This document shows, one piece after another, positions 16,875 to 26,260 of a DNA stretch of 64,000 nt. Position numbers and translations under genes: made by a program. Source of the DNA: Fibrobacteria bacterium (GTDB taxonomy: Bacteria > Fibrobacterota > Fibrobacteria > UBA11236 > JADFYW01); NCBI GenBank assembly GCA_050294405.1, contig JBNKOC010000021.1, forward strand, positions 1 to 64,000, written 5' to 3'. Position 1 is the stretch's first letter. Every line of letters begins with the position of its first letter. The notes beneath the pieces were generated by a model. That model made no database searches. It saw only the letters and a list, made by a program, of their open reading frames with translations, and was not told where the DNA came from.

Positions 16875-18764
16875 ATGGATATAACCGGCAAGGTTAACAT
16901 TATTCCCCAAATACTAAATGGTCTCTTTGAGCCCGCTGTTATTTGCCATTCAGGCAGCAAGAATATAATTCACTGGAATTTGGCCTTTGAAAATTTAGCC
17001 CTGTCATTTGGGGTTAAAACGCCTTCCCATAAAAGTTTGAATAAATTTTTAGGCGATACTTCCTTTGAACCCATACTCAAAGTTACCAGCAAATTAAAAG
17101 AAGATAAAACAGAAAGCCTTCAGTTAAATCCTGTGAACTCACAGGGAATTGCGGCCTCTATTGAATGTAGAATTTCCTTTCTTGGGCAAATTGAAAAGAA
17201 GGAACTCCATCTTTTGATATTCAAGGATCTAAGCCCTCAAAAGAAAATTGAAGAACATTTACTGTCTGCCCAAACCAAATATGAAAGAGTGGTCAATAAC
17301 ATGGACGAATTTATTGTCCATTGGAAAAAAGATGGCGTTCGTACCTTTGTTAATAAAAGCTATTGCAAATATTACAACACCACAGAAAAAGAATCTCTGG
17401 GCAGTAGCTTTTTCCCACTTATATCTAAAGAAGATTTAAGCAATGTCCGGCAAAGAATTAAAGGACTTACCCCCGAAAAACCGGAAACAGAAGGAGAACA
17501 TAGAGTTATTCGCCCTGATGGCAGCTTAGGCTGGAATTACTGGAGAGATAAGGCCATTTTCAAAAATGGGGAAGTTATTGAATACCATTCCATTGGAAGG
17601 GATATTACTGATAAAAAAGCAGCAGAATTAAAACTAATCCAGGCTGAAAAAATGGAAGTTATGGGCCAGCTAGCGGGAGGAATCGCCCATGATTTCAACA
17701 ACCAACTTTCCGGATTCCAGGCCTATGCGGAGCTTATTAAAATTAAAGGGCAAAAGGATAAAGAAACTGCCGTTTATGCAGATAAAATATTAACCCTGGT
17801 ACAACGCTCTAAGGAACTCACCCGGCAATTGTTAACATTTTCCAGGCAGGAAGAATCCCAAAACCAAATATTTGATATACATTCTATTTTGGAAGAAGTG
17901 AACTCCATATTAGAGCGCAGCATTGATAAAAGAATTGAACTTATTTTAAATTTAAATTCTTCCAATTCCCATTTACTGGGAAACGCCTCTCAAATGCAAA
18001 ATGCCATTTTAAACCTGGCCCTAAATGCCAGAGACGCAATTTCCAACAAAGGAGAAATTGAATTTACCACTACTGACAAAGAGGTTCGCTCCGGGGACTT
18101 ACTCAATCGCAAATATCATATCCCTAGCGGTAATTTTATTGAAATTTCAATTAAAGACAATGGAATTGGCATGGATGAAAAAGTGAAGGAAAAAATTTTC
18201 GAACCTTTTTTCACCACCAAAGAAACAGGCAAGGGAACGGGAATGGGGCTTGCAGCCGTATATACAGCATTAAAACACCACCACGGACATATTGATGTAA
18301 AGAGCCAGCCAAATCAGGGAACTGAGTTTTTAATATACCTGCCCGTTGCCCGCAAACCAAAAATCAAAAAAATAAAACCGGATAAGTCTGCGCATCGAAT
18401 AACCAAAGCTAATATTTTATTTGTGGACGATGAGGAAATGCTGGCCACTTCTGTGCAGCTAATTCTCAGCAGTTTTGGGTTTAAAGTATTTACCGCCAAA
18501 AGCGGGTTAGAAGCCATTCAATTTTATTCTGAGAACTCCAAGAGCATTGACCTGGTCCTGTTGGATATGAACATGCCTAAAATGGATGGCAGAGAAACTC
18601 TTTTGGAGTTAAAAAAAATCAGACCCGATATCAAGGCCTTAATGTTATCCGGCTACAGCCAGGACCAGGCTGCAGCTGAGGAAGAATTGGGTATACGGGG
18701 TTTTATCCAAAAACCTTTTACTGAAGATGATCTGACTGAAAAAATTGCGAAGATCCTGGGATAA
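16875..18764 (+). CDS. PAS-domain hybrid sensor histidine kinase/response regulator
   Basis: PAS/PAC (IGRDIT), GIAHDFNN H-box, [15 protein letters not shown]-terminal receiver (FVDDE, LLDMNMP). Confidence 0.92.
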   Translation: MDITGKVNIIPQILNGLFEPAVICHSGSKNIIHWNLAFENLALSFGVKTPSHKSLNKFLGDTSFEPILKVTSKLKEDKTESLQLNPVNSQGIAASIECRISFLGQIEKKELHLLIFKDLSPQKKIEEHLLSAQTKYERVVNNMDEFIVHWKKDGVRTFVNKSYCKYYNTTEKESLGSSFFPLISKEDLSNVRQRIKGLTPEKPETEGEHRVIRPDGSLGWNYWRDKAIFKNGEVIEYHSIGRDITDKKAAELKLIQAEKMEVMGQLAGGIAHDFNNQLSGFQAYAELIKIKGQKDKETAVYADKILTLVQRSKELTRQLLTFSRQEESQNQIFDIHSILEEVNSILERSIDKRIELILNLNSSNSHLLGNASQMQNAILNLALNARDAISNKGEIEFTTTDKEVRSGDLLNRKYHIPSGNFIEISIKDNGIGMDEKVKEKIFEPFFTTKETGKGTGMGLAAVYTALKHHHGHIDVKSQPNQGTEFLIYLPVARKPKIKKIKPDKSAHRITKANILFVDDEEMLATSVQLILSSFGFKVFTAKSGLEAIQFYSENSKSIDLVLLDMNMPKMDGRETLLELKKIRPDIKALMLSGYSQDQAAAEEELGIRGFIQKPFTEDDLTEKIAKILG

Positions 18765-18806
18765 TGTATCCCCTGACCGGGGTTTATTAAGGTCCAATAA
18801 CAGCTA

Positions 18807-19193
18807 TCCAAAGCACCCTTTCTCAAAAATCAGATGGTAATTGAAAACCTAAACTTGAACCCTACCCATCAATGCTTTTTCAAATGGGTGTTTTGAACTC
18901 CCCTATTTTTCTGGGGTTCACCCATCGGTAGTCACTCTGAAAATCTATTTGGAACTGTCATTGATATTTGGATTCAAAATGCAAAATTATTTGGCTGAAT
19001 TCTTCAACCGTACACAACATTTATCTACTCTAGATAAACTTTTCCGAGTTCCGTCTATTAATAGCTGGTCTTAATCAAATGCTGAGAATTCAGGCATTCA
19101 GTGCTCAGGACGGGAGAAAACATTTAACGAAGGGCATTTGAGCTGATATACTTACATCCACGCGCTCATAAAGCTCAACCGGCCTAAGATAAA
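18807..19193. repeat. Structured intergenic repeat, copy 2
   Basis: Direct repeat of 16371-16707; identical core at 19105-19161. Confidence 0.85.
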
Positions 19194-19215
19194 GGGTTTT
19201 CCCCGACCGGAGTTT

Positions 19216-20175
19216 TTATGGCCGAATTTTCTTACTGGGATTGCTTCCCAAAATATGGACGTTTTTCCAGAAGTTAATTATATCCGTGATGCCCTCAGCT
19301 TTAAGCAAAACCACAATTTGATTAAGGCTTTTATTTAAAGCCTCTACTTTTTCAAATAAATCCCTTTTATATATAACATCGTGAATGTAGTTATCCCCCT
19401 CACTAACCTTAAGCACCAAATCCATAGATTGGCTGGTTAAGGTATCCACATCATTAAGGGCCGCATCCACCAAGTTCAAATAGCCGGAGGTTTTTTCTGT
19501 CCAATCTCCTAAAGCTTCCTGGGAAGTACCCACTAATTCCCTTAAGGTTGTGGTTAATTCATTGGCCTGTTGAACCTTATCCGTAACATACTTTTCCAGG
19601 GCCAGGGCATTAGCCATATTTTGACGGTAAGCGGCTAAAATGGGCATAAGAGTTTCCTCAAAAATAGCTTGAATGCTGCGCACATCTTCTCCGCCTTCTT
19701 TGAGCTGGGTTACTACTTGCTGGTATTTTAACACCATTTCCAAAACCTGATTAGTTTTATGGAGCATTTCAGCGATGCCCTCTTCAAACACCCCATTTTG
19801 AATTTCGGAAAAATCCATGTTTACATCGCTTTCTCCCCGGTAAACGAAAACCATGCGAGAGCCCATTAAGGAATGGTTGAAATTGATAATTTTCGAGTCT
19901 TCGGGAAGTTCAATACGTTTATAAAATTCCAAACTAACCAGAGCCGCATCTTCGGAATATTTGATTTTGGCCACCCGGCCAATTTCCACTCCATCCATAG
20001 CCACTGGCTCCTGTAAAATCAAGGTGCCCACATTTTCAAATCGAACCGTTAAAAGATGGGGCCCTTTTAAAATATCCCGGAGCATAATAAAGCTAATGGC
20101 CATACAGAGCACCAAAACCCCAAAGGAAACAAAAAAGCCGATTTTGCGGTATTTATTGATTTGTGGATCTTCCAT
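19216..20175 (-). CDS. MlaD/MCE family protein
   Basis: N-terminal TM helix, VRFENVGTL...PVAMDGVEIGRV MCE motif, helical tail. Confidence 0.82.
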   Translation of the reverse strand: MEDPQINKYRKIGFFVSFGVLVLCMAISFIMLRDILKGPHLLTVRFENVGTLILQEPVAMDGVEIGRVAKIKYSEDAALVSLEFYKRIELPEDSKIINFNHSLMGSRMVFVYRGESDVNMDFSEIQNGVFEEGIAEMLHKTNQVLEMVLKYQQVVTQLKEGGEDVRSIQAIFEETLMPILAAYRQNMANALALEKYVTDKVQQANELTTTLRELVGTSQEALGDWTEKTSGYLNLVDAALNDVDTLTSQSMDLVLKVSEGDNYIHDVIYKRDLFEKVEALNKSLNQIVVLLKAEGITDIINFWKNVHILGSNPSKKIRP

Positions 20176-20253
20176 CTCTCTAAAGTAGAATTGTATGCTT
20201 TAAATACAATAAACTGTGTCTATTAACCTGATTTTCAAATTTTTCGACGGCAA

Positions 20254-21003
20254 ATGAAAGCTATTTTCCTTTTTGTTCTGGGAGCGAGCCTTTTTTTTAG
20301 CTCTTGCGTACCCATTGGAGTTGGTCCTACGCCTCGCACCCTGCGCAAAAATCCAGAAATAGCCAAAAAAGATTATCGCCAGGTATTCCCGGATTCACTG
20401 CTGCCCCAACAAAAATTAATTGAGTTCCCTTATCGCCAGGTGGAAGAGATTCGATTATCCTGGAAAGTAGTGGCGGGTCTTAAATTAAGCTCCCAAGAGA
20501 TTCGCAAGTGGAGAGGAATGATTTTAAAAAACGTGGAAAATTATTGGTTGTATAGGCATCCCAACAGAAGCATCCCCCGATTGGCTTTGGAAAACTTAAG
20601 CGTTAAAGACGCCCAAATTCTACTAAGTGAAGGATACCCCCTGTTGCTCTATTCGGCCTATGACATCAAACACCGGGCTCGCTCTTTTACCTTTGAGGGT
20701 TTTGACATTTGCGTGGGCTACCAGGGCCTTACAGGAAAAAAAGACAAGAGGGTCAGTTTCAAATTAAACAGCGGCCTTAGAGGCTATATTGACTCGGAAG
20801 CGATGTTAACAGGGACCTTGCTGGATATCCCCAAGTTAAAAAACAGCAAAGTGCAGGTTTTACAGGTGATATTACTGATTCCTCCTGAAAAAAATCTGGA
20901 GCATGTATACCAAATTTTGCGCAACAAATATCAGGAACTGGGAGTTTGGACCTACAGCCTGCCTGTATTGGAAGAAGCCGAGTCCATCGGCTCCATCCGT
21001 TAG
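20254..21003 (+). CDS. Hypothetical lipoprotein
   Basis: Lipobox FSSC; 249 aa. Confidence 0.7.
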   Translation: MKAIFLFVLGASLFFSSCVPIGVGPTPRTLRKNPEIAKKDYRQVFPDSLLPQQKLIEFPYRQVEEIRLSWKVVAGLKLSSQEIRKWRGMILKNVENYWLYRHPNRSIPRLALENLSVKDAQILLSEGYPLLLYSAYDIKHRARSFTFEGFDICVGYQGLTGKKDKRVSFKLNSGLRGYIDSEAMLTGTLLDIPKLKNSKVQVLQVILLIPPEKNLEHVYQILRNKYQELGVWTYSLPVLEEAESIGSIR

Positions 21004-21021
21004 CACTTCATAATAGTGCCC

Positions 21022-22671
21022 TTAAGGGCTTTTTTGATTCAGATAACTTAACATGGCCCAGGTGGGAGTTTTTCCTCTTAAACTCAAACGCCATTCATCC
21101 AGCTGACCTGTGAAAAAGCGCGAAGGAGATCCTTCCCACAGGCCATAACCCATGTATATTTGGCCTAAATTTTCTTTTGTACGGGACCATTCCAAAGCGC
21201 CCGTGGTTACCTGCTCGCCATTGAGAAAAACAGCATAACTGCTATCAGTCACATTCACCTGGAGATGTTGCCATTGCCCTGCTTCCAGACTTACATCTAT
21301 CAGTTCGTCCTTTACAATTTCTGTCATGTATAGTTTTCCCTGTTCAATGCCCCATTCCAAAATTTCATAGCTGCCCAGCCAATTTGTCATGGAAAAAAGG
21401 GCTTGTTTATTAGTAACATCAAGTGGCTTAAACCACATGCTGAAGGACCAGGTCATCTGGTACCTTATTTTTTCCACAATATGGTGTTCGCTTAAATTTG
21501 GATAAATAAGGCTGCTTAAGTTAAGGGATTTTCCAACCATGCCTTCTGTGGTAAAAATACCGGCATCCTCGAATAAATATGGGAAGCTGCTTCTTTCCCA
21601 AAAATCCCAGGGAAGAAGAGAAAATATATCCAAATCTTTATCCCCGTGCACAACAGCCAAATAACCAGTTTCATAATTAAATACCTGGCCAAAGTTGTTT
21701 TGGAAATAGCTGCTATCCTTGGACCAACCGATTTTAAGATTGGGGGACTCGGCATTCAGATCCAGGTTTTTCAAATTAACATAAAGCTCCGCTTTTTGTT
21801 TTTCCAAATCCCAGCTCACAATGCTGTGAGGCAAAACTTTTCCATTTTCATCTACCACATAAAGCCCAGATTTCTGAAGCGTATCCTTTTCAAAGGGAAA
21901 GTTGGAGGCATCCAATCGAAGTAAATAGGGAAAATCGTTTAAGCTTTCTCCCGTCACGCCGTATTTTTGCAGCGGGTAATCAACAGGATTGTTAGGAACC
22001 AGCAGAGGGATGTCTGTAACATGGTTTTCACCCTCTGTTATCACCACGCTATCGGCAAGGGCTTCAACTTTGCCGGGATCAATTGAAGATTCATATTCCA
22101 GACCGTGTAAAATACCTGTGGGCAAATTCTCCAGCAGAAAGTCTTGGGTAGCTGTGCGGTGGCCTTCCCAGTTTCCGTAAAAGGGCGAGCCCCTAAAGTA
22201 TATTTTGCCAGGGTCCCTATATTGGAGGCTTTCAATTGGAATACGAATTGTGCCGGAAGGCCTTAATATTCCTTTAAGAGCTGTTTGGTACTGAAAAGGC
22301 TGAATATCCACCGTTCCCAAATAGCCACTTAAATCACTCTCCAAAGATTTGGCAAATATATTATAACGTCCATTGGGCAAACTGGCCCAACTGAACTTGC
22401 CATTTACATCGCTTTCCACCTGCAGTCCAGCTTCCAGTTCTGCATCCGGCCCAGGTTTATAATCTTCAGGTACCGCCAGCACGGAAACTTTTCCTAAAAC
22501 CGTACCCTGCGGGTCTGTTACGGATCCCGAAAGAACCGTATCATCCCCAGTGTGGCTTCCGCCCCCAGCCACCTGCCCCCCATCCACGGGCAAATATTCA
22601 CATCCTGAAAAAAGTACCAGCCAAAAGCTGATAAAAAGGCGGGCACCCCCTATATATGACCGCCTAAGCAT
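21022..22671 (-). CDS. Lipoprotein with prealbumin-like, DUF2341-like and LamG-like domains
   Basis: Lipobox FSGC; FPYLLRLDASNF...LPHSIVSWD (DUF2341-like); FSMWFKP, WQHL, FTGQLDEWR (LamG-like). Confidence 0.75.
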   Translation of the reverse strand: MLRRSYIGGARLFISFWLVLFSGCEYLPVDGGQVAGGGSHTGDDTVLSGSVTDPQGTVLGKVSVLAVPEDYKPGPDAELEAGLQVESDVNGKFSWASLPNGRYNIFAKSLESDLSGYLGTVDIQPFQYQTALKGILRPSGTIRIPIESLQYRDPGKIYFRGSPFYGNWEGHRTATQDFLLENLPTGILHGLEYESSIDPGKVEALADSVVITEGENHVTDIPLLVPNNPVDYPLQKYGVTGESLNDFPYLLRLDASNFPFEKDTLQKSGLYVVDENGKVLPHSIVSWDLEKQKAELYVNLKNLDLNAESPNLKIGWSKDSSYFQNNFGQVFNYETGYLAVVHGDKDLDIFSLLPWDFWERSSFPYLFEDAGIFTTEGMVGKSLNLSSLIYPNLSEHHIVEKIRYQMTWSFSMWFKPLDVTNKQALFSMTNWLGSYEILEWGIEQGKLYMTEIVKDELIDVSLEAGQWQHLQVNVTDSSYAVFLNGEQVTTGALEWSRTKENLGQIYMGYGLWEGSPSRFFTGQLDEWRLSLRGKTPTWAMLSYLNQKSP

Positions 22672-23575
22672 TTATAATTCCCTCCCCTGTTTTATGTCCT
22701 ACTGGAAAGACCTGTAAGTTGAGTTGGTATACTCTATCTGGCTTCTCGCACATTTTGGCAGAATCCAAACACTCCATTTCCAGCCCTTTAAATTTTTCTA
22801 AAAGTTCCTGAATGATTTCTTCATTTATACTTAAAGTTAAGGTGGAAAAGCGTTTTGGCGCTTCCCATTTTTTATTTAATGCATCTCGGGCCAAGTCCAA
22901 GGTCTCAGCCTGGTAACTTTTAATAGCCACACCCTTCCAGCCCTCACCTGTACTAATCACTGCTTCTGTTTTTTCATAGAAGCCCTCAGAGTTTTTGCGG
23001 ATTAACTCCAATTGCTCCAAAACCTCAATGGCTTTTTTAGCTTCACCGGGTTTAATGGCTGGAACCACGCAACGGGCGAGGTAATCGTAATCATCCCTAA
23101 ACTCCAGGCAATCTAAAAGCTGAAGCACCGCCGAGTAATACCACTTGGAATAAAATTCATATTTATCGGGATCGATAAGTTTAACCTGCGTTCTTCTGAT
23201 ACGGGCGATTCTGTCCAGGTAGAATTTTTTTTCAGGTATGCTGCTGGACTTTTCAAACTGAACCAACAACTCAAAATATTCTTTCTCTTTTTTATTCAAC
23301 TGAAGGAGTTCAGAAAACCGCTCCTGCAATTTGGGAGAAATCATTTTTTTGCCGGATAAAATTTTTCCGAAAAAACTGGGATCGCAATTTAGGCGGCGGG
23401 CAATCATGCGTTTGGAATATTTACTGCCCGCAGATTTTTTATACTTCATCCAGGTTCTTAAAAACTCAGGATAAGATTGAAAATTAAAAATCGGGCCGAT
23501 ACTATCCCGATAATCGTCTTGTTTTTGGCCCTGGAGAATTTGGTAGCTAACTACCGAGGATTTGGTGGTCCACAT
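22664..23575 (-). CDS. TIGR02147 family protein
   Basis: IFNFQSY..FL, N-terminal HTH, YEFYSKWYYSAV, STLTLS, VYQLNLQVFP; start may be further downstream. Confidence 0.88.
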   Translation of the reverse strand: MWTTKSSVVSYQILQGQKQDDYRDSIGPIFNFQSYPEFLRTWMKYKKSAGSKYSKRMIARRLNCDPSFFGKILSGKKMISPKLQERFSELLQLNKKEKEYFELLVQFEKSSSIPEKKFYLDRIARIRRTQVKLIDPDKYEFYSKWYYSAVLQLLDCLEFRDDYDYLARCVVPAIKPGEAKKAIEVLEQLELIRKNSEGFYEKTEAVISTGEGWKGVAIKSYQAETLDLARDALNKKWEAPKRFSTLTLSINEEIIQELLEKFKGLEMECLDSAKMCEKPDRVYQLNLQVFPVGHKTGEGIINA

Positions 23576-23814
23576 TTTAACTTAAAAACCCCCTTAAAAA
23601 AACCCTAAACCCTAATTTTATCAAGTCAAAAACTAGCAAAAATATGGGGTAGGTCCATAAATATCCTGAGAAAGCATTCACCGGTTAGAGTACGTTTGAG
23701 ACTTGGTTCCTGAAAATTCTAAAAAAATTATAGAGCTAAAACTCTAACTTCTAAAAGTTGTGACTTAAGAGACTTACCGTATTTAACTTAAAATTAAGAC
23801 TAAACCCGCTTTTT

Positions 23815-23890
23815 TGTGATCTCTCTCACAAAGGGAGAAAAAAGAGGTGATGGCGCTCACAAATTTCGGGCAAATGTGATGGATATCATA
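23815..23890. promoter_or_regulatory. Three tandem CRP/FNR-type boxes
   Basis: TGTGA-N6-TCACA (23815-23830), GGTGA-N6-TCACA (23846-23861), TGTGA-N6-TCATA (23875-23890). Confidence 0.75.
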
Positions 23891-23947
23891 AAGTTTTTCC
23901 GGCTTTTGTGCGATATTAGATGTATAGACCTGACCACGGAGGATAAC

Positions 23948-24103
23948 ATGGGACTCTTAACATTAGACAAAATCAACGAAATCCAAAACGCCAGAAGAAA
24001 CCAGGAAAAATCGGAAGAAAACAAATATGTGGATGTGCCCATGTTGCGGGATATTAAATTCAGAACTCCCAAATACAACAATATTATGATTCGGTATCGT
24101 TAA
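23948..24103 (+). CDS. Small hypothetical protein (51 aa)
   Basis: RBS GGAGG 5 nt before ATG at 23948; followed by a strong hairpin. Confidence 0.65.
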   Translation: MGLLTLDKINEIQNARRNQEKSEENKYVDVPMLRDIKFRTPKYNNIMIRYR

Positions 24104-24136
24104 CATTCTTCACAATAGAATAACCGTTCAAGCGCC

Positions 24137-24175
24137 GTTCTCCCTTCCCGCTGCATCCACGCTGGAAGGGAGAAC
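24137..24175 (+). terminator. Hairpin downstream of small ORF
   Basis: gttctcccttcc / ggaagggagaac 12-bp stem; no U-tract. Confidence 0.5.
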
Positions 24176-24370
24176 CCCCCGTTAACATAGGCCTAAAAAA
24201 GGCTGTCAAGAAAAGAATATTAAAAATAGGGCCTTATATACTTTTACAGCGGGGATGACCTTAAAAAAACCACAGATTGTCACATTTGTGTAAAATTCTT
24301 CCAAAGCGCCTATTTAAATTGAACATATTGCATTTTTACCGTATAATATTTTCATAGCTTTGTTAAAACC

Positions 24371-24961
24371 ATGCATATGGCCAATACCCATCAAATAGTT
24401 CAGTGTCTGCAATGCGCACGTTACAAATCTTCCCTTGGGCAGTGGTTTGAAAACAATTTAAGCCCAAAAGATGTGGAAATAAGCCATACCTATTGCCCCG
24501 ATTGTATTTCCATTTTGCAGGAAAGGCTTATTGCCTCCAGGGATTTTGGAAAATGGCCTTTTGAACGGCAAGTGGATTATTTGAAAGACGATATCCTCAA
24601 TCAGGATAAAAAATTCGACCGGGTCGCCCTAAAAAATTATCTGGAAGAGTTTTTTTGTCTGGACATGGAAAAGTTTGAAGATTTGTACGAAGCCTTAAAG
24701 CCCTTTTTGGCTAATGCCGTTTGCCCTCGTTGCCATCAGGAAGTGGATATTCTGGAAAACCACAGTACTTTCGGGCACCATGTGCTGCATCCCAAATGCC
24801 ACAAAGAAATTCAGAACAAAATCAAAATCATTGAAGACAACAATTGGGACAAGTCCGATAAATTTTCCGCTTATTTGGATTTGTTAAAAATTGAAAAGGC
24901 CCTTCGGCCCACCATCAAAGATTTCCTAAAAAAAAAAACAGCTGAAAACCCACTGGTTTAA
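24371..24961 (+). CDS. Hypothetical protein with putative zinc-binding motifs
   Basis: CLQC, SHTYCPDC, CPRC, HPKC. Confidence 0.7.
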   Translation: MHMANTHQIVQCLQCARYKSSLGQWFENNLSPKDVEISHTYCPDCISILQERLIASRDFGKWPFERQVDYLKDDILNQDKKFDRVALKNYLEEFFCLDMEKFEDLYEALKPFLANAVCPRCHQEVDILENHSTFGHHVLHPKCHKEIQNKIKIIEDNNWDKSDKFSAYLDLLKIEKALRPTIKDFLKKKTAENPLV

Positions 24962-24968
24962 AACCAGG

Positions 24969-25553
24969 CTAAAACTCTCCTTTTAAAAGAGCCTCCACCG
25001 CTCTGGTTCTGTGGCTGGTTTTTTCCTTGATTTCCATTCCCAATTCGCCAAAAGTTCGGTTATATCCTTCGGGAATAAAAAGGCTATCGTAGCCAAAACC
25101 AAGGGAGCCCTTTTCTTCAAGAGCCACCTGTCCAGGGCAAAAGCCTTCGTATTTTTTTTCCCGGCCATCGGGGTAGACAAGGGCCAACACGCAAACAAAC
25201 CTGGCGTTTCTATTATTTTGCCCTTTTAGCTTATCCAGAAGCAGATTTCGATTTTCCAAATCGCTAGCCCCAGGTCCCGCAAAACGGGCTGAATAAATAC
25301 CGGGAGCTCCATTTAAAGCCTCTACCTCCAGACCGCTGTCATCGGCAAGCACAGGTAAATTGCTGTCTTTTGCAATTGCTTTGGCTTTGATAAAGGCGTT
25401 TTCCTCAAAACTTGTCCCTGTTTCTTCAATGTCTCCCTCAAATCCTATGTCTTTCAGGCTGGAAAAATTCACCCCCACCTGTCTGAAAAGTTCATCAAAT
25501 TCTTTTTTCTTACCCATGTTGCCTGTAGCCAAAATCCAATGTTGCTGCGCCAT
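24969..25553 (-). CDS. rdgB: Non-canonical purine NTP pyrophosphatase (RdgB/HAM1)
   Basis: ATGN.GK, ADDSGL, PGIYSAR, GFGYD, SHR. Confidence 0.95.
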   Translation of the reverse strand: MAQQHWILATGNMGKKKEFDELFRQVGVNFSSLKDIGFEGDIEETGTSFEENAFIKAKAIAKDSNLPVLADDSGLEVEALNGAPGIYSARFAGPGASDLENRNLLLDKLKGQNNRNARFVCVLALVYPDGREKKYEGFCPGQVALEEKGSLGFGYDSLFIPEGYNRTFGELGMEIKEKTSHRTRAVEALLKGEF

Positions 25554-25582
25554 GTTCTCCCTTTCGTTTATCGGAAGACAAT

Positions 25583-26260
25583 TTATAAAATTCTGCGGGC
25601 ACCCTTGTATTTGCTTTGGTAATAGGGCTCACTGAGGCTGCTGTATATTACGCCCCGCTTAGTACTGGAGTGAATGAACTGATCTCCATGCATATAAATA
25701 CCGGCATGATGTATACCGAACACCGATCCAAACAATACAATATCCCCTTTCTTTAGGCCGCTGCGGTTCACCGCCTCCCCCATTTTTCCTAATTCTTTAG
25801 AGCTATGGGGAAGCTTTACATTGTACACCTGTTGAAATACGGTGCGTATGAAACCCGAACAATCCATTCCCTTTCTGCTCTGTCCCGCCCAACGGTAGGG
25901 TACTCCCAAATAGGAATCCGCCACTTCTTTTAATTTTGGTTTAGCGGGCTCCCTCATTTCAGGGGCATCTAGCGGACTTTTTTGCTTAGCCAGGGCTTCT
26001 TTCTTGGCTACAATTTCTTTTTTTGGGGGATGTTCTTCCGGGGCTTTTTGAAGGGGCGCGGCTTTTTTATCTGGCGCGGGATGGAGATATCCTCCCTTAG
26101 TTCTGCTGTAATAGGGGCGCTCTTTATTCGAGGCGCAAGAGGCCAAAAATAGAATAACTAATAGGATACCCGATAGCAGGGCAAGAGCTCGGAAAACCTT
26201 AGGTGTTTTCCACCGCCGAGGCAATTTGTAACAATTTATCTTCCTCAAAAGGCTTCCCAA
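25583..26260 (-). CDS. NlpC/P60 (C40) peptidase lipoprotein
   Basis: YLGVPYRWAG, DCSGF, HAGIY; lipobox LASC; start uncertain (TTG 26224 likely). Confidence 0.88.
   Translation of the reverse strand: MGSLLRKINCYKLPRRWKTPKVFRALALLSGILLVILFLASCASNKERPYYSRTKGGYLHPAPDKKAAPLQKAPEEHPPKKEIVAKKEALAKQKSPLDAPEMREPAKPKLKEVADSYLGVPYRWAGQSRKGMDCSGFIRTVFQQVYNVKLPHSSKELGKMGEAVNRSGLKKGDIVLFGSVFGIHHAGIYMHGDQFIHSSTKRGVIYSSLSEPYYQSKYKGARRIL

Noticed and set aside
23816..23947. GTG start giving a 95-aa ORF
   Set aside because: The GTG lies within a CRP-type box and lacks an RBS; ATG 23948 has GGAGG
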